A stretch of DNA of 64,000 nt from a virus. Lineage: Duplodnaviria > Heunggongvirae > Uroviricota > Caudoviricetes. The stretch is from the IMG/VR virus record IMGVR_UViG_2556921669_000003, positions 1-64,000 of that record; one strand, 5' to 3'. Below the pieces are notes generated by a model. The model saw nothing but the letters and a program-made list of their open reading frames with translations. It was not told the origin of the DNA and made no database searches. The first letter of the stretch is position 1. Every line of letters begins with the position of its first letter. Both the position numbers and the translations under genes were made by a program. Shown here piece by piece: positions 25,481 through 34,190 of the stretch.

Positions 25481-27603
25481 TGGCAAAGCTGAACTTCAAG
25501 ATTCCCGCGTGGGAAAAGTCCGCAGTCGAAGTCGCCCGCTCATACATTGCAGCGGGCATAGCCGTTTTTCCGTGCCGAGAGCAGGACGGCGAGGGGATTG
25601 ACCACTCGACGGGCGAGATCGTCGACTTTCCTGAAAAGTCGCCGTTGACGGCGCACGGGCTCAAGGACGCGACAACGTCCCGCCGCATCATCGATATCTG
25701 GTTTGGCGAGAGACACCCTACGGCCGCCATCGGCGTTCCTACCGGCGAAAAACTCGGCGGGTGGGTCCTCGATATCGATAGACATGGCGATAGGGACGGC
25801 CATGCGTGGCTGGCCGAGATGGAGACAAGGCACGGCCGGCTGCCTGCCACCGCTCGCGCCACAACGGCGAACGGCGGCACGCACATATTCTTCGCCCATC
25901 ATCCTGGCGTCCGTAACCGTGCCGCGCTAGCTCCCGGCGTAGACACTCGAGGAGATGGCGGATATGTCCTGGCGCCCGGTAGCGTCATGGCTGACGGACG
26001 CCGATACGCTTGGATCGATCATGACGGGTCCGATATGCCCGCGTTCGAGCCCGCGCCGGAATGGCTGCTTGAACTCGTCCTGCCGAAGGCTCCCGAGCCG
26101 GCCGCCACAACCAAGCGCGAATACACCTATCAGCCGGAGCCCAACACCGGTGCTGAGCGGTATGCGTCTCGCGCGTTCGAAATGGAACTGGACCGGCTTG
26201 CATCCGCCCCCAAGGGGCAGCGCGGGCAACAACTGTTCTCCAGCGCTTGCTCTATCGGGGAGTTGGTGGCAGCCAACCTAGTGTCCCGGTCGGAAGCCGA
26301 AGCGGGCCTCTATGATGCCGCGGCGTCAAACGGTCTGGTTGCTACCGATGGTGAGCGGCAATGCCGGGACAAGATCCGACGTGGCTTGGACAAAACAGCC
26401 AATTCACCGCGGCAGATACCGGAGCGGCAGCACGACAATGACAACACGACGCCCATACCGTCGGACACCATTGATGCGCTGGTTGCGAAGGCGAGGGCAA
26501 AAGTGGCGGGAGGAGTGCCAGATGATGAGCCGGACGAACCCGTCGCCCAACCCAAGAAGCGCGGGCGCTTCGAACTAACGTGGTTCGACGAAATCGAGGA
26601 AGGCAAGCCGAAGGAGACAATCCTCAAGGGGTGGTTGGGCGTAGGGGAGTTCACGACCATTTCCGGTCTGCCCGGCACCGGCAAGAGCGTCGTGACGACG
26701 GACCTTGCTTGCCATATAGCTGCCGGTATGGATTGGCACGGGCTGCCAGTGCGGCAGGGCCTGGTCGTCTACGTGGCCGCTGAGCGCAAGAAGCTCACGG
26801 AGCGGCGCATGATGGCGTTCCGCTCTTATCATGGCGTCAAGGACGTGCCGCTGCTCGTGGTTGGCGGTATGCTGGACTTCACCCGTGATGAGAAGGACGC
26901 CGAAGCAATCATCGGTGTCATCCGGGAGGCGGAAACCATCACCGGCCACAAGTGCGTCTGGGTGATCATCGACACGCTTACTCGCGTGTTTGGTGCCGGC
27001 GACCAAAACGCCAGCAAAGACATGGTGAAGTTCGTGCGGTCATGCGACCTCATTCTCACCGAAACCGGGTCGCACGTTACAGCCATCCACCACAGCGCCT
27101 GGAGCGGTGAGCGAGGCAAGGGCGCGATCGATCTCGACGGTGCGGTGGATGCGAGCTTCATGGTCAAAAAGGATGGCAACCGACACAAGCTGGTCTGCGA
27201 CGGAACGAACGACGGGGAGGAGGGTGATGTACTGTCCTTCACCATGAAGTCGGTCGAAGTAGGTCGCGGTGAAGACGGCGAGCCGACAACGGCGCCCGTC
27301 GTGGTGAAGGCTGGAGAAGAGCAGACACTGACCAGCGGCTCACTCAAGGGGTACAAGGGTGACGTATTGGCTGCTCTGCGTGTGGCTATCACGGCCGATG
27401 GTGTGGAGCCTGACGGCCATGCCTTCCCCGATGATATTCTCGTTGTCGATGAGCCTACGTGGAAAAAGCACTTCTTCGCCGGGCGGGATATGGACATCGC
27501 CACGGTAGCGGCCACGGCGAAGAAGCAGTTCCAACGGGCACCGGCAGACCTCGTGAAGGCCGGCCATGTCAATCAAATCGGCCAATGGTATTGGCCTGCT
27601 TAG
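25480..27603 (+). CDS. replication protein: bifunctional primase-polymerase (PrimPol) N-terminal domain fused to an AAA_25/RepA-like ATPase
   Basis: N-terminus IAVFPC...LTAHGLKDAT...WVLDIDRHGD (prim-pol); Walker A GLPGTGKSV in the C-terminal half; followed by iterons. Confidence 0.8.
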   Translation: MAKLNFKIPAWEKSAVEVARSYIAAGIAVFPCREQDGEGIDHSTGEIVDFPEKSPLTAHGLKDATTSRRIIDIWFGERHPTAAIGVPTGEKLGGWVLDIDRHGDRDGHAWLAEMETRHGRLPATARATTANGGTHIFFAHHPGVRNRAALAPGVDTRGDGGYVLAPGSVMADGRRYAWIDHDGSDMPAFEPAPEWLLELVLPKAPEPAATTKREYTYQPEPNTGAERYASRAFEMELDRLASAPKGQRGQQLFSSACSIGELVAANLVSRSEAEAGLYDAAASNGLVATDGERQCRDKIRRGLDKTANSPRQIPERQHDNDNTTPIPSDTIDALVAKARAKVAGGVPDDEPDEPVAQPKKRGRFELTWFDEIEEGKPKETILKGWLGVGEFTTISGLPGTGKSVVTTDLACHIAAGMDWHGLPVRQGLVVYVAAERKKLTERRMMAFRSYHGVKDVPLLVVGGMLDFTRDEKDAEAIIGVIREAETITGHKCVWVIIDTLTRVFGAGDQNASKDMVKFVRSCDLILTETGSHVTAIHHSAWSGERGKGAIDLDGAVDASFMVKKDGNRHKLVCDGTNDGEEGDVLSFTMKSVEVGRGEDGEPTTAPVVVKAGEEQTLTSGSLKGYKGDVLAALRVAITADGVEPDGHAFPDDILVVDEPTWKKHFFAGRDMDIATVAATAKKQFQRAPADLVKAGHVNQIGQWYWPA

Positions 27604-27651
27604 ATGCTGCATTAATGCATTGCTTCGCTCTGTCGCCATGCATTTCTTGCA

Positions 27652-27894
27652 GGGACAAGCGGGACAAGAAAAAACGGCCTTGTCCCGCTGTTTGTCCCGC
27701 TAATATACGAGTTTCGGGACAAGGCCGGGACAAAGATCGAAAAATCGGCGTAAGTAAAATCAACCACTTACGAGTAGTTTTGTCCCGTTTGTCCCTTTTG
27801 TCCCGGACATTTGTCCCCGGAAGCACCTCTAGGGACAAAACTCCACACCCCTTTAGGGGTGGGGTTTGTCCCGAGCTTGTCCCGGCCGATTGAA
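27652..27894. repeat. replication origin iterons: about 13 copies of GGGACAA/TTGTCCC in both orientations plus the palindrome CACCCCTTTAGGGGTG
   Basis: Dense 7-mer repeats read directly, immediately 3' of the PrimPol gene; no ORF. Confidence 0.6.
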
Positions 27895-27954
27895 GAAACG
27901 AAAAATAAGCCACCCCGGCCTCACCAGCCAACCACCACCACAGAGGAGATCACG

Positions 27955-28461
27955 ATGGCCCGCTCCACCACCAAGCAAACCCAAACCACCCGCATCAACG
28001 GCAAGCGTGTCCGTATCGTCACGACGGACGGCAAGGTCGCCATCCAGGCAGCCCCGCCGCTCGAAAGCGATCTACAGGCTGCACAAGTCGTCGCGCTGCG
28101 CCGCATGCCGGAACACCGTGATCGGTTCGTCATAGCCGGCGACATGAACGCGGAACGCCGTGGGCCGAAGGCGCGAGCGATTGCCCTCGCGACCGGTATG
28201 GCTTCCGGCGAGCCGGACCTGCGCGTCTATGCGGAACGCGGCAGGCTGTTGCTGATTGAGAACAAGGTCGGCAATCCGGCGACTGGGGGTGGCGGCAAGC
28301 TCAGCCCGGCGCAGAAGCTGCGGCACGACGATCTGGGGCGGCTCGGCTACCGTGTCGAGGTGGTTCGGTCCATGACACCCGAAGACGCCGCACAGCGGGC
28401 CGTGAGCCTGGTGCGCGAATGGCTGGCGGCCAATGACAACCACCGCGAGGAAAAACCTTGA
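27955..28461 (+). CDS. VRR-NUC domain nuclease
   Basis: ...LLLIENKVGNPATGGGGKLSPAQK... fits the VRR-NUC core; C-terminus ...WLAANDNHREEKP. Confidence 0.55.
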   Translation: MARSTTKQTQTTRINGKRVRIVTTDGKVAIQAAPPLESDLQAAQVVALRRMPEHRDRFVIAGDMNAERRGPKARAIALATGMASGEPDLRVYAERGRLLLIENKVGNPATGGGGKLSPAQKLRHDDLGRLGYRVEVVRSMTPEDAAQRAVSLVREWLAANDNHREEKP

Positions 28462-28486
28462 CAAATTTGTAAAAACGATCTATATA
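28458..28486 (+). promoter_or_regulatory. operator-promoter copy TTGACAAATTTGTAAAA, -10 TATATA
   Basis: Exact 17-mer overlapping the upstream stop codon. Confidence 0.45.
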
Positions 28487-28529
28487 TCATCGGCGGCTAC
28501 CAACCGCAAGCACCACGATAGAGGAGAGA

Positions 28530-29150
28530 TTGATGACGAGACGGGATTTGTATTTCGCCGTTGAGGGCGGCAGGACGCTGGAAATTGCCAGGAAGCATGT
28601 GGCGGAGCGTGCTGCGGTGGAGGAAGTCAATCGCGCGCTGGCCAAAGAGCTCGGGGCCGAGCGGTACGCGGTCGATTTCTTAACGGGCGTACTGTGCGGC
28701 GTCATTTTCCCCGGCAAGCCGCACGCCGATTTCAAGAAGCCAAACAAGAATGGAGTTTCCAGTCCTCGCGCGAGAACCGCGTGGGATGCGCGTCTCGCCT
28801 CGATGAAGGGATATGACAGGCGCGGCTTTTCGCTTGCAAAGGCCCTAGGCGTGCCGACGGACATCTCATACCGCAAGGGTGACGCAGTGCGCGGCGGCTC
28901 GGCCATTGCTGGCGGCTTCTCGTCCGGTGTTGGCTTCCTCTACCTCTCCGAAGACGGCCCGTTTGCACTCTACGTCCCGGATGTAGCGTATGTTGTCGCT
29001 GACTATGAGGATCGGGGCTACACCGTCTGCGACGAGTGCAAGAACTTCAAGCCTGAGTTCGACGGTGCGCGCCCAATCCTGAAGGAAGAGTGGGAGTTGG
29101 TCGTCGCTCGTCACAAGTTGGCTGAGGCTGAGAAGAAGGTGGCGGCATAA
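28530..29150 (+). CDS. hypothetical protein (206 aa), ends ...EKKVAA
   Basis: CACCACGATAGAGGAGAGA initiation module. Confidence 0.5.
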   Translation: MMTRRDLYFAVEGGRTLEIARKHVAERAAVEEVNRALAKELGAERYAVDFLTGVLCGVIFPGKPHADFKKPNKNGVSSPRARTAWDARLASMKGYDRRGFSLAKALGVPTDISYRKGDAVRGGSAIAGGFSSGVGFLYLSEDGPFALYVPDVAYVVADYEDRGYTVCDECKNFKPEFDGARPILKEEWELVVARHKLAEAEKKVAA

Positions 29151-30049
29151 TGGTACGTCATTCTTCCCTCGCAGATCAGCTCACTGCGCTTCGCTCTTAC
29201 GTCACCGAGCCGGACCATGAGCCGGAGCCCGTTCAAACCAACTGGACCACGGTGCCGGGCAACGACAACGACCCTGAAGACGTTGAGGACCTACACGTCG
29301 AGCGCCGCTGGCGCATGAAGCCTTCCGTCGAAGAGATCATGCGGCAAGTCGCGACGGGCGATATTGAGTGTAACGACGCGGGGCAGGTGGTGCGCATAGG
29401 CAAACTCCACTTCAGCGACGGCACGCAGACCGAGGCGGGCTTTAAACTGGTCATGGGCGAGCCAGTGGCTGCACGCATCAGGATGCCGGTCGGCGCGATG
29501 CTCGGAACGAAGGACGCAGAAGAGGGCCAACTTGGCGGCGAGGTGGATCCCCAACACATCACGGCCAGCAACGAGTACTTCGCCGCGGCGTTCGATGTTA
29601 AGCCCCGCGCCTACAAGTCGGGTGGTCGGAGAAAGCGGGGACGGAATATCAGCCACGCTGAGGCGAAGGCGATGCTTGCCGAGGCTTATGCCAACACGGA
29701 CATGTCCAAGGTTACGTTCACGCGATACCCCGACGGCCTGCCGGCCGGCTCGCCGAAAGTGTCTGAGAATTTCCTCGGGCTGCAGAAGACCACATGCGGC
29801 GATAGGGGCTCGACCATGTGGCAGGACATTGTGTCGGCGAAGGCGGACAGGAAGGAATGGTTCGACGCCGTCGACGCCTTGAAGGCAAAAGACCGCGAAG
29901 TGCTGGAAGCGGCGAAGACGGCGAGGACCATGAGGGCAGTTGGCGTTTCCATGGGGTACACAGGCAAGACGGCCGAGCGGCGAGGGAAGCGCGCATTGAT
30001 CGCCGCGAATGACAACCTCATGGCGGCAATTGACGCATACGCGGCCTGA
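29150..30049 (+). CDS. hypothetical protein (299 aa) with N-terminal PGNDN and C-terminal ...IAANDNLMAAIDAYAA
   Basis: TAATG overlap; strongly SsrA-like C-terminal tail. Confidence 0.5.
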   Translation: MVRHSSLADQLTALRSYVTEPDHEPEPVQTNWTTVPGNDNDPEDVEDLHVERRWRMKPSVEEIMRQVATGDIECNDAGQVVRIGKLHFSDGTQTEAGFKLVMGEPVAARIRMPVGAMLGTKDAEEGQLGGEVDPQHITASNEYFAAAFDVKPRAYKSGGRRKRGRNISHAEAKAMLAEAYANTDMSKVTFTRYPDGLPAGSPKVSENFLGLQKTTCGDRGSTMWQDIVSAKADRKEWFDAVDALKAKDREVLEAAKTARTMRAVGVSMGYTGKTAERRGKRALIAANDNLMAAIDAYAA

Positions 30050-30775
30050 CTGTCCCTTTCCGCAATCTCGGCGGGTGTATAGGTGAAGGGGTGTCGCAAC
30101 TACGTTGCGCGCCCCACACCTATCCGGGCGCACAGATTGTTTTGCGACGGACGCTCGGCCAGCGATGAGCCGGGCGTAACTATCCCACCTGCCGACGCGA
30201 GCCGCATGGCCGCGTTTGCAGGGGCGGAAGCCCCAAGGGGTTTTCGCGAAATCTAGAGGAGATGACGATGAAAACGACGACCTTTTCGCTGCGAGGCATC
30301 GAGACGGTGGTGATGCGTGGTGATGGCGGGACGATTTTCCATCGCGGCGTCGATATCGGCGCAATTCGGCGCGGTCCTGGCCCTATCAAGATCTAATCAG
30401 CGGAGCCGGGTTCACCCACACGGCTCTCGCCCACGAAGATGCTGCGGACCGGTGACGGTTGCCGCCATAGGGCTATCAGCCGCAGTGCAAGCGCGGACGC
30501 CGACTAACGATGCACGTTGACTTGCGCGTGCATCCATCTTCGTGCCTCTTCCCCATCCCCTGGCGCCTCCTCTCTCCTCGGCGACAGGTGATCGTGCGGC
30601 TGCTCCTCCGTTCTGCGGAGTTGAGCGGCCGCTTTTGTGTTCATGTCACGGCCACCGCCTCTGCGCCATGCGCATGTGTTCGGAGCTTGCCGATGGTGCA
30701 GTCATGCTGCATCGTGGCCTTCTTCTTCGCGCTATATGCGCTCTCCCGGCACCGGGCGTTCGTGGTGCACTCTTT

Positions 30776-30851
30776 TGCGGGCTAGAGAAACGGTATCTCG
30801 TCGGGCTCATATCCCGAAGACACCCGGTTCGACTCCGGGGCTCCGCAACCA
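30776..30851 (+). tRNA. tRNA-like element, anticodon CAU (Met; initiator-like GGG/CCC anticodon stem), acceptor stem with one bulged U, encoded CCA
   Basis: Hand-folded. D arm GAGA-aacggta-TCTC, anticodon arm TCGGG-ctCATat-CCCGA, variable loop 5 nt, T arm CCCGG-TTCGACT-CCGGG, acceptor UGCGGGC/GC(U)CCGCA, then A-CCA. Coordinates ±1. Confidence 0.4.
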
Positions 30852-30868
30852 CTTTCAGGACCGCGCCC

Positions 30869-31486
30869 ATGTCGGCAATCCAGATCAGTTGGCACGGCAA
30901 CGGCCTGAAGCTTCTTGAGCGTGCCACCGAAGCACTCGGCTCGGAAGCCAAAGGCAAGCGCGCGTTTGCCATGGCGCTCAACAAGACCATCCGCACGGTC
31001 AACACCGATGTGAAGCGCGCTCTGGCTGCGCAGATGGGGATGACCCAACGGCTCGTTGTCAAGCACGGCGGCATGGTGATCAAGCCGGCGTCTGCCGGCA
31101 ACCTCAATGCGCTGATAGATGTACGAGGCGGCTACATGCCGCTTAAGGACTTCAACCCGTCGCAGGGTCGCAAAGGTGTTCGTGCAGGCGCATGGGGAGT
31201 GCGTCGCCTGTATGACGGTACATGGATCAACCGAGGCAAGCGTGCTGCGTCTGGCATAGGGCCGGCGGCCAAAGCTAGCGCGGGCGGACACGTCTTCAAG
31301 AACACTGGCAAGTTTAACAAGGTCTCCAAGCGCAAGAACGGTATTGAGGCTCTATGGGGTCCGGCTGTTCCCGTCGAAGTCGTGAAGGACGAGAGCGCCA
31401 AGACGTTCTATCGGATCGCCGACACGCGCATGCCTCTCGAGATAGAGCGCGCGATCAAGGCGCTGACCAAGGGTGTTATCAGTTAA
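30869..31486 (+). CDS. lambda gpZ-like tail completion protein
   Basis: AFAMALNKTIRTVNTDVKRALAAQMG...VIKP parallels lambda Z (AAMAINRVASSAISQSASQVARETKVRRKLV...). Confidence 0.5.
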   Translation: MSAIQISWHGNGLKLLERATEALGSEAKGKRAFAMALNKTIRTVNTDVKRALAAQMGMTQRLVVKHGGMVIKPASAGNLNALIDVRGGYMPLKDFNPSQGRKGVRAGAWGVRRLYDGTWINRGKRAASGIGPAAKASAGGHVFKNTGKFNKVSKRKNGIEALWGPAVPVEVVKDESAKTFYRIADTRMPLEIERAIKALTKGVIS

Positions 31487-31538
31487 AGCATTAAATGAAG
31501 AAATTTTCGTAATATTGCGATTTTCTTCAAAAAAGGCG

Positions 31539-31567
31539 TTGACATGGGTTCGGATATGGGGTATGAT
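31539..31567 (+). promoter_or_regulatory. consensus-like sigma70 promoter ahead of the packaging/head operon (TTGACA, 17 nt, TATGAT)
   Basis: Located in an AT-rich patch between the gpZ-like gene and terS. Confidence 0.35.
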
Positions 31568-31687
31568 GTGATGGGGCACTGCATGCCGGACGCCCCCACC
31601 TTAGGGACCGTACCCCGTTTCTGACCCCCTGCGGGTACGCAGCCGCCGATTGTCTGCGATTATAGATTTTGAAAAGGGGGTAACACC

Positions 31688-32311
31688 TTGTTACCTGTTG
31701 CGATGAATCAGGCCGGCTTTGCGGCCCATCGGCGCGTGAGCCGAAAGACCGTCACCGGCTGGAAACAGAGGGGGTTGCTCGTTCTCCTCCCTGATGGCCA
31801 GGTGGATGTTGCCGCTTCGGATCGCGCACTCGAGCGTCACGGCATTTCGTTACCCAAGGTAACAGCCCTAGAACCGGACGACGACCAGGTAACGCCCGAA
31901 GCCTCCCTTGAGGAGGAAGCCCGTCTCCTGGTGTCCGCAGACGGCGAAGAGCTACTTTCGAAGGCGGAAGCCGAGCGTCTAAAAGAGAACTACGCGGCTC
32001 GCTTGAAGCAGCTCGAATATGACCGTGAGGTCGGGCTCGTCGCGGAGATCGACGATGTCGTCGCCGCGGTCGCGAGCGAATACGCAATTGTCCGTAACAG
32101 ACTGCTGGGCATCGGCTCCAAGGTGGCGCCGTCCGTCGCCGTGCTGAATTCGGCGGAGGAGATCAAGGCCCTTATCGACAAAGAGGTGGCGCGCGCTCTG
32201 GGGGCTTTGACGGTGGATGTCCATGGAGAACAGGACTTCGGCAAGGTCCGAGAGTCGATACAGAAGCGGTTCGGACCAGCTTCTGAAGAGGCTGCGCCTA
32301 GCCCGCAGTGA
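31688..32311 (+). CDS. terS: terminase small subunit (N-terminal HTH DNA-binding domain plus oligomerisation domain)
   Basis: Immediately upstream of and overlapping terL; N-terminus NQAGFAAHRRVSRKTVTGWKQRGLL; preceded by the inverted repeat GGTAACACCTTGTTACC. Confidence 0.6.
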   Translation: MLPVAMNQAGFAAHRRVSRKTVTGWKQRGLLVLLPDGQVDVAASDRALERHGISLPKVTALEPDDDQVTPEASLEEEARLLVSADGEELLSKAEAERLKENYAARLKQLEYDREVGLVAEIDDVVAAVASEYAIVRNRLLGIGSKVAPSVAVLNSAEEIKALIDKEVARALGALTVDVHGEQDFGKVRESIQKRFGPASEEAAPSPQ

Positions 32312-34190
32312 GGCTCTCAAAGCCCCGCCGATACTGACTCTCAGCCAGTGGGCGAATGAATACGCCTATCTTTCGCGCGAGAACAGCGCTGATACGGGCA
32401 AATACGAGTCGTTCGGCTACCAGAATGGCATGATGGATGCGGTCACGGACCCGTCTGTCTCGCGGATTACGGTCATGAAGAGTGCCCGCGTCGGGTACAC
32501 GAAAATGATTGACCACATGGTTGGATATCACATCCACCAGGATCCGGCGCCCATGATCATCGTTCAGCCCACCGAGGCTGACGCGCTCGACTACAGCGAC
32601 CGTGAAATCGCGCCGATGCTGCGTGATACGCCGGTTCTGGCCGAGACAGCGGGGGATCTGAGCAAGCGATCGTCAAAGCAGACGCTGGCCGTTCGCTCAT
32701 TTCGCAACGGCGCGTCGATCAAGTTCATCGGTGCGAACAGCCCGAACGGCTTCCGCCGCGTCACGGCCCGCATCGTCGCGTTCGACGAGGTGGACGGCTA
32801 CCCGGAACAGGGCGCCGGCGATGACGGCGACCAGATCTCGCTCGGCGAAAAGCGCACCGAGACGTTTTGGAACAGCAAGATCATTCTTGGGTCGACGCCT
32901 CTCGTTAAGGGGGTTAGTCGCATCGAAAAATCGTGGGAAGCAAGCGACCAGCGCCGCTACCATGTCCCGTGTCCCCATTGTGGTGTCAAACAGACGCTGA
33001 AGTGGGAGAACTTCAAGTGGGACAAGGCCGAGAACGGCAAGCACCTTCCGGAAACGGCTCACTTCCGCTGTGAGGCGGAGGGGTGCGGCAAGCGGATCGA
33101 GGAACACGATAAGAAGTTCATGATCGACAATGGCGAGTGGGTGGCTGAGAAGTCATTCAACGGTCATGCCGGTTTTCACATCTGGACGGCTTACAGCCTC
33201 TTCCCGAAGGCCGCCTGGCGGTTCCTCGCGGCGGAATGGCTCGAAGTCTATAAGGACGAGAACCGGAAGAAGTCGTTCATCAACCTGACGCTGGGGCTTC
33301 CGCATCAGGAAGTCGTCAACGTAGCCGATCCGGACGTTCTGAAGCAGCGCTGTGAGCCTTATAACTGGGAAACGCTACCTTCCGACGTGCAGTTCATCAC
33401 AGCCGGAGCGGACACACACCCTGGGCGTCTCGAAGTGACGCTTGTTGGGTGGGGTAAGGACGAAGAGGCGTGGGTAGCGCGGCACGAGGTGCTGGACGGC
33501 GATGCCTCGAACCTGCAGGTGTGGCGAGAACTGGACGAGCTGCTGGCGACACCGTGCGAAACTGACGATGGCCGGAAGCTGTTGGTGCAGGCTGTCTGCA
33601 TAGACAGCGGCGGCCACAACTCCGAAATGGTCCACAAATACGCTCGTGAGCGCAAACGGCGCCGGATTTATTCTATTATCGGCCGCGGCAACCCGAATCC
33701 AAAGGCTCCGCGCATGATCTGGCCCAAAACGGCCAGCCGAACGAAGAATTCCGGCGACAAGCCCTATGTGATCGGTGTCGATACGGCAAAGGACGAGCTT
33801 TCGTCCCGTTTGGCGATCGTCCCGCATGAAGAGCATCCGACGCCTCGCTCCATCCACTTTCCGGACATGCAGTACAGCCTGAGCGCCGATTACTTCGACC
33901 AATTGACGGCAGAACACGCTGTTACGCGGAAGAAGGGCAGTCTTACGACCCGAAAATGGGAAAAGAAGACTGTCGGCGCGCGAAACGAGGCCTGGGACTG
34001 TCTGGTTTACGCACTGGCGGCTCGCATGTCTCTTCCGAAGAAGCTCAGCAAGGCTCCGAAGGCGCCGCGTGCTGGGGGCGCGCCCCGTCCAGAGCCGGCA
34101 AACGACAATCGCGAGCCGGAAGCGCGCACAGAGAAACCGGTTGAACCCGCTAAAAAGCGAGAACGCAGGCGGTTTGGAGCCTATAAATGA
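32217..34190 (+). CDS. terL: terminase large subunit (lambda gpA family)
   Basis: Long collinear similarity to lambda A (e.g. VMKSARVGYTKMI vs VVKSARVGYSKML); C-terminal tail contains EPANDN. Confidence 0.9.
   Translation: MSMENRTSARSESRYRSGSDQLLKRLRLARSEALKAPPILTLSQWANEYAYLSRENSADTGKYESFGYQNGMMDAVTDPSVSRITVMKSARVGYTKMIDHMVGYHIHQDPAPMIIVQPTEADALDYSDREIAPMLRDTPVLAETAGDLSKRSSKQTLAVRSFRNGASIKFIGANSPNGFRRVTARIVAFDEVDGYPEQGAGDDGDQISLGEKRTETFWNSKIILGSTPLVKGVSRIEKSWEASDQRRYHVPCPHCGVKQTLKWENFKWDKAENGKHLPETAHFRCEAEGCGKRIEEHDKKFMIDNGEWVAEKSFNGHAGFHIWTAYSLFPKAAWRFLAAEWLEVYKDENRKKSFINLTLGLPHQEVVNVADPDVLKQRCEPYNWETLPSDVQFITAGADTHPGRLEVTLVGWGKDEEAWVARHEVLDGDASNLQVWRELDELLATPCETDDGRKLLVQAVCIDSGGHNSEMVHKYARERKRRRIYSIIGRGNPNPKAPRMIWPKTASRTKNSGDKPYVIGVDTAKDELSSRLAIVPHEEHPTPRSIHFPDMQYSLSADYFDQLTAEHAVTRKKGSLTTRKWEKKTVGARNEAWDCLVYALAARMSLPKKLSKAPKAPRAGGAPRPEPANDNREPEARTEKPVEPAKKRERRRFGAYK

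Noticed and set aside
27652-27894. Possible CRISPR array (short direct repeats)
   Set aside because: Repeats are 7 nt, occur in both orientations, have irregular 3-6-nt spacers and lie next to a replication initiator. These are iterons, not a CRISPR array. The same conclusion applies to 40360..40510.
1420-34109. Idea that GC-N-AAY-GAC-AAY is a DNA-level site (methylation target, chi-like or packaging signal)
   Set aside because: Every copy is in the reading frame of its gene, on whichever strand the gene lies, and third positions vary (AAC/AAT). Protein-level selection explains it better.
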